A DNA stretch of 55,081 bases. Origin: a virus. Its lineage: Duplodnaviria > Caudoviricetes. The notes under the pieces are model-generated. The model did no database searches, was not told the origin of the DNA, and saw only the letters and a list, made by a program, of their open reading frames with translations. Location: IMG/VR virus record IMGVR_UViG_3300029787_000060, positions 1-55,081 of that record; one strand, given 5' to 3'. This document shows, one piece after another, positions 27,878 to 37,900 of the stretch. Position 1 is the first letter of the stretch, and each line of letters starts with the position of its first letter. The translations under genes and the position numbers were made by a program.

Positions 27878-28203
27878 CAGATGTTATAAAAGTCCTTGGT
27901 CAGCTTGATGCTGCTGCCACTACCACTGAGGTTTTGTATACGGCTCCTGATCTGACTGTCACAACAATAAGTTCTTTTGTGGCGTGTAACCGTAGCGGTT
28001 CCGCTCAGACATTCCGACTTAGCATTCATGTTAGTAATGCTGGGGCAGATAACAAACAGTTTTTATATTATGATAAGCAAATAAGTGCTAATGACACATT
28101 GACTGCTGTGATAGGCATAACCTTGGGACAAGGTGACGTTATGAAAGTTTACTCTAGTTCTACCGATGTTAGCTTTAATGTGTTTGGCGTGGAGACAAGT
28201 TAA
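27874..28203 (+). CDS. Putative small virion protein
   Basis: KVLGQ...LYTAP...CNR...FNVFGVE, beta-sandwich-like. Confidence 0.65.
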   Translation: MTDVIKVLGQLDAAATTTEVLYTAPDLTVTTISSFVACNRSGSAQTFRLSIHVSNAGADNKQFLYYDKQISANDTLTAVIGITLGQGDVMKVYSSSTDVSFNVFGVETS

Positions 28204-29174
28204 TGAACAACATGATGCCGCCACTACAGGCGAATGCAGATGACCTAGCGAGATACGGCAGATACGGCGATTCAATGCTAGTTCACATGAACCCCGCTGA
28301 GGTTCAAGGAATAGCAGCTCTATCTCCAACAGGACAATTAACAACCAACCCCGTCACTGGTCAGCCAGAAGCCTTCCTCCCCTTTCTAGCCCCATTACTT
28401 GCAAAGTTTGTACCTGCTGCGTTGACTAAGGTTGGACTTGGTGGTCTTGGTGCAGCGGCTGCGTCAGCTCCCGGCATAACTTCTGCTATAACCTCTGGCC
28501 TAATTACTGGCGTTGCAGAGGGTGACCTTGAGAAAGGCATTATGGCTGGCATTACAAGTTTCGGTATGGGTAAAGCCTTGGGTGCTGCTAGTGATGCAGC
28601 CAAATTAGGTAATGAAGTTGCTGCTGTTACCGAAGCAAGTGATGCAGTCTCATCTACTGCTGATGCTATAGCTAAGGCTGGGCAAGACCCCGTTAAAATG
28701 TTGGCTGGGCCTCCGAATCCAGCCGACTATACTGCTAATGTTGGTGGCCCCGGAATGAATCAGGGTTTTAATGTTCTGACAGATGCTGGTCGTAATATTA
28801 CTCCTGAGCAAATGGCTAATGTTAAAGCTCAAACTGCACTGGGTAATGCTCAATCAACACTAGATACAGCAAGGCTGGGCGTTAGCCCTACAGATCAAAT
28901 AGGATCCGTCTTTACTGAAGAAGGCGCAAAGGCTGGATTAGAAGCTTTCATGAAACCTGAAGCCATACTGCCCACTGCTATTGGTGCTGGCAACCTAGCC
29001 CAGATGGAGGCTATGGAAATACAGAATGCTTTAGGTAAAGAACAAGAAGCAAAAAGACGAAGAAGACGGGAGATGGATAGAGGTGTCCTGTCTGGAGCGG
29101 CTCAAGTTGCTCAACCAAATAACCCTTTCGCCGGAGTATTCAACAAGCCCGGACTAAGTGCGTTTAATACATAG
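28203..29174 (+). CDS. Putative internal virion/ejection protein
   Basis: GRYGDSMLVHMNPAEV...TTNPVTGQPEAF, followed by Ala/Gly-rich hydrophobic helices. Confidence 0.65.
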   Translation: MNNMMPPLQANADDLARYGRYGDSMLVHMNPAEVQGIAALSPTGQLTTNPVTGQPEAFLPFLAPLLAKFVPAALTKVGLGGLGAAAASAPGITSAITSGLITGVAEGDLEKGIMAGITSFGMGKALGAASDAAKLGNEVAAVTEASDAVSSTADAIAKAGQDPVKMLAGPPNPADYTANVGGPGMNQGFNVLTDAGRNITPEQMANVKAQTALGNAQSTLDTARLGVSPTDQIGSVFTEEGAKAGLEAFMKPEAILPTAIGAGNLAQMEAMEIQNALGKEQEAKRRRRREMDRGVLSGAAQVAQPNNPFAGVFNKPGLSAFNT

Positions 29175-29183
29175 GAATTTATT

Positions 29184-31817
29184 ATGCCTGATAGAAGAAC
29201 TGGTGAAGATAATACTGAAGGCCGCGCATTCTCAGATTATGGTACTGCTGGGTTCGGTGTAGGAGAAGTTCTTGGTCGTGAAGCGGCAAAAAGACAACAA
29301 GAGATTTTAACTGGCGCAAAATATTCCGCAAACCAAGCACCTCCGGGTTATCGCCCCGGATTTGATCCAGAGTATTTGTACTTTGGAGATCCAAGATATG
29401 AAGACTATGCAGCTCTTCTTCCGGGGATATATGGCGCTGGATACAATGCCACTAATCCTAATGCCGCCGGAGCGCCTGCCCCGTTAGGCTCTTCTCCGGC
29501 TGGTGGCGTGACAGGATCGATGGGTGTTCCAGCAGCAAATACAGCTCAAGCAGCTTCTGCCGGAGTCTCTTCGCCCGTTCTTAGCACAGAAGACATTCTT
29601 AGAAATTTGCCTAGAAAAGGAAATGATTTTACGCAAGATGACATTAAGAATGCTATGGGGCTTATAGCGGCTGGTGAATACGACATTTATTCTCTGGCTG
29701 ATGCGCTTGAAATAGATCGAAGCTCTGCAATGAGTGCATATAATAAATACCTTAAAGACACTTATGGTGTAGGAACATTTAATCCCAATGTCGATACACT
29801 TTCTCCAGAAAGCATTCAGCAATACTATGGTGTGGCAAATCAACAGGCGTATAGTCCAGAGCAACTATCTAGAATTTTCGGAATACCTCTGGATCAATCT
29901 AGGTCGTTTTTAACGCAACAATACTTTAGTGGTATTGATGTTGATAACGACTATAGCAACGATGAAGCTCAAGCAGTCTATGACCTCTACAGCTCTGGGC
30001 GTATGGGGGCTGTAGGAATATCAAATTACTTTGGCATTCCTCTGACAGATGTTGAGAGGATTCTTGGCGAGATAGGAGATGCTGGTGGCTCTGTTGCTAA
30101 TGTTGGTGCTACTACTCCAGCAGCTACTACAGATACTACTTCAACGGTTTCTTCTGATTCTGGAGATTCATCTACAGCGGATACAACCACAACTACAGTT
30201 TCCAGCCCACTTGCTGGTATAGACGTTGATGGGGATTATTCTCAATCAGAGGCTAATCAAGTCTATGACATGTTTGTATCTGGTCAAGTCACACCTCTAG
30301 ACATATCGACTTACTTCAATCTTCCCTTGGATGAGGTTAATACAGCTCTTTCTGATATCGCTCAAAGCAGAATGCCTCCTACCAATGTTGCGACTGGATC
30401 AACAACTGTTAACCCTCAAGACGTAAGGTCATCTGATAGAGCAAGCGGTGCTGTTAGTCCAATGAGAGGAGAGGACACTGAAGGCGGAGAGGGCTTTACT
30501 CCGCTAGACCTTGCGTTTGACCTTTATCAATCTGGTACTGAACTTTCTACTGAAGAAATTAGAGAAGCTCTTTCTTACGCTCAGGCAAATGGGGTTTCTT
30601 ACGCAGAAATAGATCGTATGTTTGGCGCTCCTGCTGGCAGCGCACAGGATGCAGCGGCTGCTCTAGGTATGGCTGCTAGTGCTGGCGGGATTGTGGGTAT
30701 GGCTGAGGGTAAATCTTTATCTGCTTCCCATCGTAGATCCCCTGATAAGCCATATGTTTTCCCTTATGGGGTAACCGGGATGGAAGAGTCCTTGGATCTT
30801 GTAGATAGAATAACAGATATGCAAGATTCTTTGTCTAATGCAAAAGATCCTGAAAAGAAAAAAATGTTAGAAACAGAATTAGAAATGCTAATTATACACG
30901 GAGCCAATGTTAACGCCGTGCCTTTTGAAAATTTCAGTAATTTCGTTGAAGTGCAACAATTAAAAAATATAACCAGAGATAGTCAAAAGGATGAACTTGA
31001 GAAAGGGGTTATGTCTGGCCTTAAAAGCCTTGGTTTGGCTGAGGGTGGCAAGTTCCCTGACCTTAGCGGTGACGGAGAAGTTACTCAAGAGGATATCCTG
31101 ATTGGTCGAGGTGTGATTGAGAAGGCTGACGGTGGGATTCTTGGGCTAATGAAGAAAGAGCAAAAAGAAACTCCAAAGGGAGCATTGCTTACTGAAACCG
31201 AAAGCTATCTAGAAGCTCAAAAAATACTGAGTAATCCTGACTCAAGTGACAGAGACAAAGCTTTTGCTAAAGGCACGTTAGAGACCCTTAAGCCTCAAGA
31301 GCAAGGCGGCAATATGGACATGAACGCTTTTGCCGAGATGATGCAGCAGTTGGACAAGATCCAAGGCGCAACTAAAGGTATGCAAGAGGGTGGTTTCATA
31401 GGCCGAGAGCAGCTCGACAGCCTTATACAGATGACCCGTGATGCAATCCTTGGTGATGCTGAGAACGCTGACGAAATCATACGAGAGTTTGTTTCTGTCT
31501 TCGGTAACGAGGCGTTTCAACAATTAAGAGATCAAGTGCTTCAGACCCAAGTTCCTGATGCCCAAACAGAGGGAATGATAGAAGGACAGGGCGGAGGTAT
31601 GGATGATGAGGTTATGGGAATGATCGGAAACCAACAGCCAGTAGCTGTGTCCCCCGGTGAATACATAATCCCTGCTGATGTGGTTGCTTCACTTGGAGAT
31701 GGTAGTAGTGATGCTGGAGCAGACAAGCTAGATACAATGCTTGATGATGTCAGGATGGCTAAGACAGGCCGGACTATTCAGCCGGGAAAGATTGATGACA
31801 GGGTTATTCCTGCATAG
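29184..31817 (+). CDS. Large internal virion protein with HTH-like repeats
   Basis: 877 aa with five ~45-aa repeats, several AxGG-type motifs, an FPDLSGDGEVTQED loop and C-terminal SPGEYIIPADVV...GDGSSDAGA. Confidence 0.6.
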   Translation: MPDRRTGEDNTEGRAFSDYGTAGFGVGEVLGREAAKRQQEILTGAKYSANQAPPGYRPGFDPEYLYFGDPRYEDYAALLPGIYGAGYNATNPNAAGAPAPLGSSPAGGVTGSMGVPAANTAQAASAGVSSPVLSTEDILRNLPRKGNDFTQDDIKNAMGLIAAGEYDIYSLADALEIDRSSAMSAYNKYLKDTYGVGTFNPNVDTLSPESIQQYYGVANQQAYSPEQLSRIFGIPLDQSRSFLTQQYFSGIDVDNDYSNDEAQAVYDLYSSGRMGAVGISNYFGIPLTDVERILGEIGDAGGSVANVGATTPAATTDTTSTVSSDSGDSSTADTTTTTVSSPLAGIDVDGDYSQSEANQVYDMFVSGQVTPLDISTYFNLPLDEVNTALSDIAQSRMPPTNVATGSTTVNPQDVRSSDRASGAVSPMRGEDTEGGEGFTPLDLAFDLYQSGTELSTEEIREALSYAQANGVSYAEIDRMFGAPAGSAQDAAAALGMAASAGGIVGMAEGKSLSASHRRSPDKPYVFPYGVTGMEESLDLVDRITDMQDSLSNAKDPEKKKMLETELEMLIIHGANVNAVPFENFSNFVEVQQLKNITRDSQKDELEKGVMSGLKSLGLAEGGKFPDLSGDGEVTQEDILIGRGVIEKADGGILGLMKKEQKETPKGALLTETESYLEAQKILSNPDSSDRDKAFAKGTLETLKPQEQGGNMDMNAFAEMMQQLDKIQGATKGMQEGGFIGREQLDSLIQMTRDAILGDAENADEIIREFVSVFGNEAFQQLRDQVLQTQVPDAQTEGMIEGQGGGMDDEVMGMIGNQQPVAVSPGEYIIPADVVASLGDGSSDAGADKLDTMLDDVRMAKTGRTIQPGKIDDRVIPA

Positions 31818-32275
31818 TGTATATAAGACAACTTACAACTAGTGAAGAAGACTTTAAGAAAGTAGTTGATTTTCTTATAGAAAACTTTGTTCCTGAGCAT
31901 GATATGGGCAAATTAAGTGCCTCTAATTTAAATCTTAAGAAAGCCCTTGATTGGGTTGTCTTTAATATTAAAGAAGCTGCTTTTGTTGTAGAGGATAATG
32001 ATGGCAAGGTTGTTGGTTCTATTGGCTTGAATAGAACCTCGCCTTGGTATTCTGATGCAGAGTATATTTCGGATGGCTGGTTATATGTTCTTAAAGAGCA
32101 TAGGAAAAGCGGCTTGGCAGGAATGTTAATTAACAAAGCAAAAGAATTTGCTGAAGAAAAAAAGTTACCTTTAATTATTGGTATCTTTAGCAAAGAAGAT
32201 GCTATTGCTAAGGCTGATATTATGAACAAACTTGGATTGATTACGGTTGGCGGATTGTTCGCCGCAGGAGTTTAA
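31817..32275 (+). CDS. GNAT-family acetyltransferase
   Basis: VVGSIGL...WLYVLKEHRKSGLAGMLI: acetyl-CoA binding motif A. Confidence 0.8.
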   Translation: MYIRQLTTSEEDFKKVVDFLIENFVPEHDMGKLSASNLNLKKALDWVVFNIKEAAFVVEDNDGKVVGSIGLNRTSPWYSDAEYISDGWLYVLKEHRKSGLAGMLINKAKEFAEEKKLPLIIGIFSKEDAIAKADIMNKLGLITVGGLFAAGV

Positions 32276-32277
32276 TT

Positions 32278-33297
32278 ATGTGTTTTGGTGGTGGCGGAGG
32301 TGGCGGTACAAATACCGTACAAACAACAACGCAAGAGATCCCAGAACAGTTAGCTCCTTACTATGACGAGCTGCTGGGTCGGGGTACGTTTCAATCTTTA
32401 CAACCCTATACTCCTTATCCTGAAAAAAGGCTTGCTGAGTTCTCTCCATTCGAGCAGCAGGCTATGTCTGGGATTGGGGCGCTTGCTGAGACAGGCACTC
32501 CAGAGGCAATGCAGAAGGCTATACAAGGCAGCGAGTACATTGCCTATAAAGATCCTTATGCTGAAGCAGTCAGACAAGACCCTATTACCGCCGCTATGGT
32601 TGGTTCAATTGCTGATGCTCAACCAGATCAAGTAGGAACTCTGGGAGATCTAAGCACTTACGAAACCTACATGAGTCCCTATCAGCAAGCGGTTACTGAC
32701 ATAGCCAAGCGTGAGGCAACAAGAGCTTCCGAGATTCAAGGCGCAAATATAGGACAGCAGGCAGCTTTGGCTGGTGGCTTAGGTGGATACCGAGAAGCTA
32801 TCATGCAAGCAGAGCGCGAACGTAATTTGGGACAACAACTTTCTGATTTGCAAGTTCAAGGTAGTCAGCAGGCATTTGAGTCAGCTCAGAGGGCTTTTGA
32901 GGCAGACAGAGGCGCTAGAGAGTCTGCCGCACAACTTGGCATACAGGGCTATGGCGCACTTCAGTCAGACCTTGCACAACGTGCCAGAGCTGCACAGCAA
33001 GCTTCTGACCTTGCCTCTAAAGATCAGGCAATGGAGATTACCAGACTCAATGAGCTGACTAGGGCTGGTCGAGATCAGAGAGGGTTATTGCAACAGAGCT
33101 ACGACATTGGATATCAAGACTTCTTACGCCAGCAGGCGTTCCCTGTGGAGCAGTTATCTCTCTACAGTAACTTGGTTAGGGGCTTGCCTATGCAGCCGGG
33201 AACCACACAAATTCTCTATGGTCAGCAGCCTACGATGGCACAGCAATTGTTGGGCAGCGGTATTGCTGCGGCTGGTTTATATGGGGCAACTCGTTAG
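32278..33297 (+). CDS. Putative DNA ejection (pilot) protein
   Basis: MCFGGGGGGG start, YMSPYQQAV, Gln/Ala-rich helices, C-terminal LLGSGIAAAGLY. Confidence 0.65.
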   Translation: MCFGGGGGGGTNTVQTTTQEIPEQLAPYYDELLGRGTFQSLQPYTPYPEKRLAEFSPFEQQAMSGIGALAETGTPEAMQKAIQGSEYIAYKDPYAEAVRQDPITAAMVGSIADAQPDQVGTLGDLSTYETYMSPYQQAVTDIAKREATRASEIQGANIGQQAALAGGLGGYREAIMQAERERNLGQQLSDLQVQGSQQAFESAQRAFEADRGARESAAQLGIQGYGALQSDLAQRARAAQQASDLASKDQAMEITRLNELTRAGRDQRGLLQQSYDIGYQDFLRQQAFPVEQLSLYSNLVRGLPMQPGTTQILYGQQPTMAQQLLGSGIAAAGLYGATR

Positions 33298-33307
33298 GAG
33301 ATAAAAT

Positions 33308-34993
33308 ATGTATAACATCCTTGAGGTTGAGGATAAAATAAAAGGCTTGCCTGATCAGGCTCTTATGAGAGAGGCCCAGTTTCCTAGCGGTGATGTGCCG
33401 CAGTTTCTTGTTGTTTCAGAATTACAGCGCCGGAATGAAATGCGTAAGTCCTATGCAGCAATGCAGGAACCATCTCAGACTGTTCCGGTTGCCCAACAGG
33501 TAGTGGCGGAGGCAGGTCAGGGTATTGCTGGCGTTGTGGGCGGCAATGCTTTGCCTGTCTCTGCTCCTATGCAAGCACAGACCCCAATGGCTGCACCTAT
33601 GCAGTCCTCTATGCCAGCACCTATGCAGCCTCCCGTACAACCTCCTATGCAACCTCCTATGCCACGCCCTCAAGCCCCTGCTGGGATAGTGGGTATGCAG
33701 TCAGGTAGACAGGCTCCCTATCAGCGTCAATATAGGGATTTTGCCGGAGAAGCAAGGGATAGGAGAGAGAGGAAAATTGAAGAGCTTTACAGAGACTTAA
33801 ACCCATCCCAAGCTACTACATACCTTAGCTTGATTGAAAGCGGTGTTGATCCTGAAGAAGCTCTGTTTTCAGTCAGTGATGTTTATAGAACAGATGATAC
33901 GTTAACTGGCGTGGAAGAAATCCAATCTATTCAACCTTTTGACCCTAGTAAAGTTCCAAGCAGAACTGCTGGCCCAATAGGTACTGAGTACGATGATCCC
34001 CTTAATCTAGACCTTACATACGGTGATGGTTTTCCTGTTCCTGTCCCTGACCCTGCTGATCCTCCTCCAGATCCAAGTCAGCTAGAACTTGGCAGTTATA
34101 GGCAAGGGATTATGGATTTAACTAAGGCAGGAAGGGAAGATATTGCAGCATTAAGAGGTCAAATTAATGAACTTGATCCTTATCAAGCAAGTTTTACAGA
34201 GCGTGATTTTATTGCTGATAACATAGATAGGCAGTCTTACATAGATAGATTGTCTAATATTGCAGGAGAGGACATAGCGTCTAGAGAAGTCTTAATTGAT
34301 GAACTTCAAGAGAAGTCTAAGAAGGATGCTCTTAGTGCTTTCCTCATGAGCTTTGGTGCTGGTGTAGCTGGCGGAGACCTTAGCGGTGGAATACAGCAAG
34401 GAAGCAAGGCTGCTCAAGACGTTAAACAAATAGCTGACAAGAGGCTATTTGATGAGCGCAAGGCAATGAGAGATGTCAAGTCTGCTGCTGAAAGAGAAGC
34501 CGTTCAGCTAGGTTTGTCCGCTGAAGAAGCCGCACTTGCTGGGCAGAGGGCAGAGCAGCAGTTTGGGGCTGATCAAGATGCACTCAGAAACACTATTGAA
34601 TTTCAGAACTACACAACATCTAGACAACAATTGCTAGATCAAATTTCTGGAGCGAGAGAGGATGTCACTACCATTGCCACTCTTATGAAAAACGAAGCAG
34701 ATATCATTAATGATGCAAATAGAATTAGGCAAGCTTTTGAGGCTGAGGCTGGCAGAGAAAGAAGAGATATAAGGAACTACATTGAAGAGTTTGTTAAGGC
34801 CCATAGAGAAACCTTGGAAGCATCTCTTTCTGGGATAACTGATCCTTCTTCTGTTACTAACCTTGTTGATTCCTATAGAAAATTGCTTGAGCAGGAGTTT
34901 AATTTGAGAGAAGCTGATGATGAATCTTCTCCTCCGTCTGCGGTAGAAGATCTTGTTTCTTCTATGAGCATTAACAGATCACTCACTAACTAA
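33308..34993 (+). CDS. Putative internal virion/ejection protein
   Basis: Pro/Met-rich linker, FLMSFGAGVAGG hydrophobic segment, coiled coils. Precedes the giant gene. Confidence 0.6.
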   Translation: MYNILEVEDKIKGLPDQALMREAQFPSGDVPQFLVVSELQRRNEMRKSYAAMQEPSQTVPVAQQVVAEAGQGIAGVVGGNALPVSAPMQAQTPMAAPMQSSMPAPMQPPVQPPMQPPMPRPQAPAGIVGMQSGRQAPYQRQYRDFAGEARDRRERKIEELYRDLNPSQATTYLSLIESGVDPEEALFSVSDVYRTDDTLTGVEEIQSIQPFDPSKVPSRTAGPIGTEYDDPLNLDLTYGDGFPVPVPDPADPPPDPSQLELGSYRQGIMDLTKAGREDIAALRGQINELDPYQASFTERDFIADNIDRQSYIDRLSNIAGEDIASREVLIDELQEKSKKDALSAFLMSFGAGVAGGDLSGGIQQGSKAAQDVKQIADKRLFDERKAMRDVKSAAEREAVQLGLSAEEAALAGQRAEQQFGADQDALRNTIEFQNYTTSRQQLLDQISGAREDVTTIATLMKNEADIINDANRIRQAFEAEAGRERRDIRNYIEEFVKAHRETLEASLSGITDPSSVTNLVDSYRKLLEQEFNLREADDESSPPSAVEDLVSSMSINRSLTN

Positions 34994-37900
34994 TGCCAAC
35001 TACAATTGTTAACGCACCTGATGGTGGGCTGATAAGCGTCAACCATCCTGAAGGAACTAGCGACCAAGATATTCTGAACTATGCTGCAAGGATGTTCTCG
35101 GAAGATCCTTCTATTTCTCTTCGCCCGGAAGAAGAGAACATCACTCTAACCGGAAGGATTGCTGAGACAGCGAAGGCTGTACCCAGAGGGTTTGCTTCCG
35201 GCTTCCTCACAGCAGCAGAAGGTCTTGCTGAACTCTCTGATGCCGCCACTAACGCCATAGGTCTTGAAGGTCTTATAGATTCCGGTGACGAGAATGCTCT
35301 TGTCTATGGAGCTAGGCAGGCTAAAGAGGCAATCAACTCTACGATAGGGGCTGACAAAGCCTATCAAGACCTGTGGAGTACCAAGTTTGGTGAGGGCTTA
35401 GGTTCCTTTGCCACGTTCCTTACACCCGGCGCGGCATTCAGGCTGGCAGGTAACGCATCAAAAGCAGCAAAAGCAACCACTGGTTTGACTAAGTTAGTTG
35501 GTGCTGGAAGCGCAGCGGAGGCTGCTACTGTTGCAACTCTTGCTACGGGAACTGGTGCTGGAGAGCAGGCACAAAGAATCCAGATGGCTAGAGATTCTGG
35601 CGTTGAGATAAGTCAAGCTCAAGAAGACTCAGCTATTGCCTTAGCTTCCATTGTTGGTCTATCAGAACTAGCCCCTGTAGAAAGGTTGTTTAGAAAGTTA
35701 GACAAAAACCTAGTAGACGATAAGACACTTAATACTATTGGTGACCGAATCAAGTCTGCCCTTGGCACTGGTGGTGTTGAAGCTGTACAAGAAGCTGTTG
35801 CTGGCTTGTCTCAGGACTTGATTGAAAAGAATATATATAACGAGGAGTTGCCAATTGGCGAGTCCTTGTACGATGACTTTACTGTAGGCGGTGCTGTTGG
35901 TTTTGTATCTGACCTAGTTCTAAACGCTGCTGCTGGCAGGCGTAGAGGAGTCTCCAGTGAGACCGAAAGAGAGTATGAAAGAAAGTTAAGAGAAGCTAAC
36001 GCGCAAGCCGCCGAAGATCAGGCGGAACTTGTTAGCAACATAGGCCGTGAAGAAGTCCTTGAACCTCAAGTCATAATGCCTGACCAAGATGACGTTCAGG
36101 GTATGCCTTCTTACGCACGAAAAGTAGCTAGGGATATGGGTCAGAACTTCCCATTGACCACAAGCTTTGGCGTTCAAGAAACAACAGAGACAGTTACCAG
36201 AACTGTAACCAATCAGGCTGGCGAGACTATCCAAAGAGAAGAACAAGTCCCTGCATTTGTAGCGACTGACTCTGATGGCAGGATATACGGCAAGACATTT
36301 CAGAATTATGAGCAGGCAGCAGTTTTTGCTGGCGCTCTCAATGATCAGCTTATCAACAGGGCTGTGACCAATTCAGTATCAGACATTATTGATACCTCTC
36401 CACAGGCTTATGACCAGCCTACCTTCCAAACCCTTTCCTTCTGGGGCAACTCCGCCCTAAATCCAGAGAACAATACTGTTACGTCTAACGCCTTGAATAT
36501 GGCGGCAGGCACAACTATTGATCAGGGTTTTAATGAACAGGAAACCTCTACTGATGCGGCAAGAAGAATTAGCAACTTGGCTGCAAGGGGGCAAGCACCT
36601 GTAAATCCTATGAGTCTTATGACTGCATCACAACGTGCCAACTGGAGCAGGCTTGGCAGTGGTCAGTCAGAAACAGATGTCTTTACTTTTGAAGAAGCTA
36701 AGAAAGAGTTAGGTGATGACGTTGCTAATCTTGCTGATGTGAGAGAAGACTCAACGATAGAGACAGAGACTTATCGTGTTGATAAAGATAACAGGGGCAG
36801 GCCCATAGTGGTTAGCTCTGCTGGTGAAATTATCACACAAAGACCTACTACGCTAGTAGAGCGTAGGGAGAAGAAGGGTCTTGGCAGAACTACAAGAATG
36901 CAGACGGAGCAACAAGCTCAGGCTGTAGCCGCTGGTCTAAACACTATGGCAGGAAGGGCTGTAGATAAGCTTGTATTTCAGGACAGAACTTACGGGCGTG
37001 AAGAGATTAAGAATTTACTGGAAGCCAAGAATGTAACTGACGAGCTTAACTCTCCTCAGATAAAAGCTCTGGCCCAGTCATTCACAGGGAAATCAGGCGT
37101 AGACAAGATGTCTCGCGCTGAGATGAAACTGTTTTACTTGAAGTTACGATCTCTACCACGGTTCGAGGTGGCGACTAGTCTTCCTGTATTTACCCCCAAG
37201 ATATACACAAGCCAGCAGTTTCGTCTGGCCTCTCAGCATGTTGGGCAGAACCCGGATTACACTAACGAGTCTTTGGCTGAGGCTGTTGGTATTAGTGAAA
37301 CTGATCCTCGCTTTGAAAAGAAGATAGAGCAAATCACTGCTGATCTTAATGCTCAAGGGGTAGAGTCCGTAGAGGTTACTGAAGAGGCTGTCATTCCTGT
37401 TGAGCGTAGACTGCCAAGTGCTAGTGAGGAGATTACTCAGCAGCTTGAGAAGCAGCTCTCAGAAGAGATGGATAAGCTTAACCTTGGTGACGTAAGGGTC
37501 AGTGTTCTTCATGCTCTGACCAATGTTGTCAGGGATGCTGATGGAAATCTGGTTCTAGGCGTAAGAAGGTTTGATCCCGCCAGAGACCAAGGAGCTACGA
37601 CTCTTGACCAAGAGGGTAACTTTGTCGCTGACGAGTTGCCTGAGCAAGAGCAAGCTCTCTACTCAAGGAATTTGAACGAAGTATTCTTTGGCGTTGACAG
37701 GCTGCAAAGATTATCTGATGAGGGCGCTACTCCAGAGCAACTGTTTGAGACTGCGAAGTCTCTCCTGAACCACGAGTCAGTACACGCTATGCGTATGCTT
37801 GATCTCTGGACAGCGAATGAATGGTCTAGCCTAGAAAGGCTTGCTAGAACTAAGAAAAATTCGCTTGGTCAAACCTACCTTGAGGCTGCTCAAAAAACAT

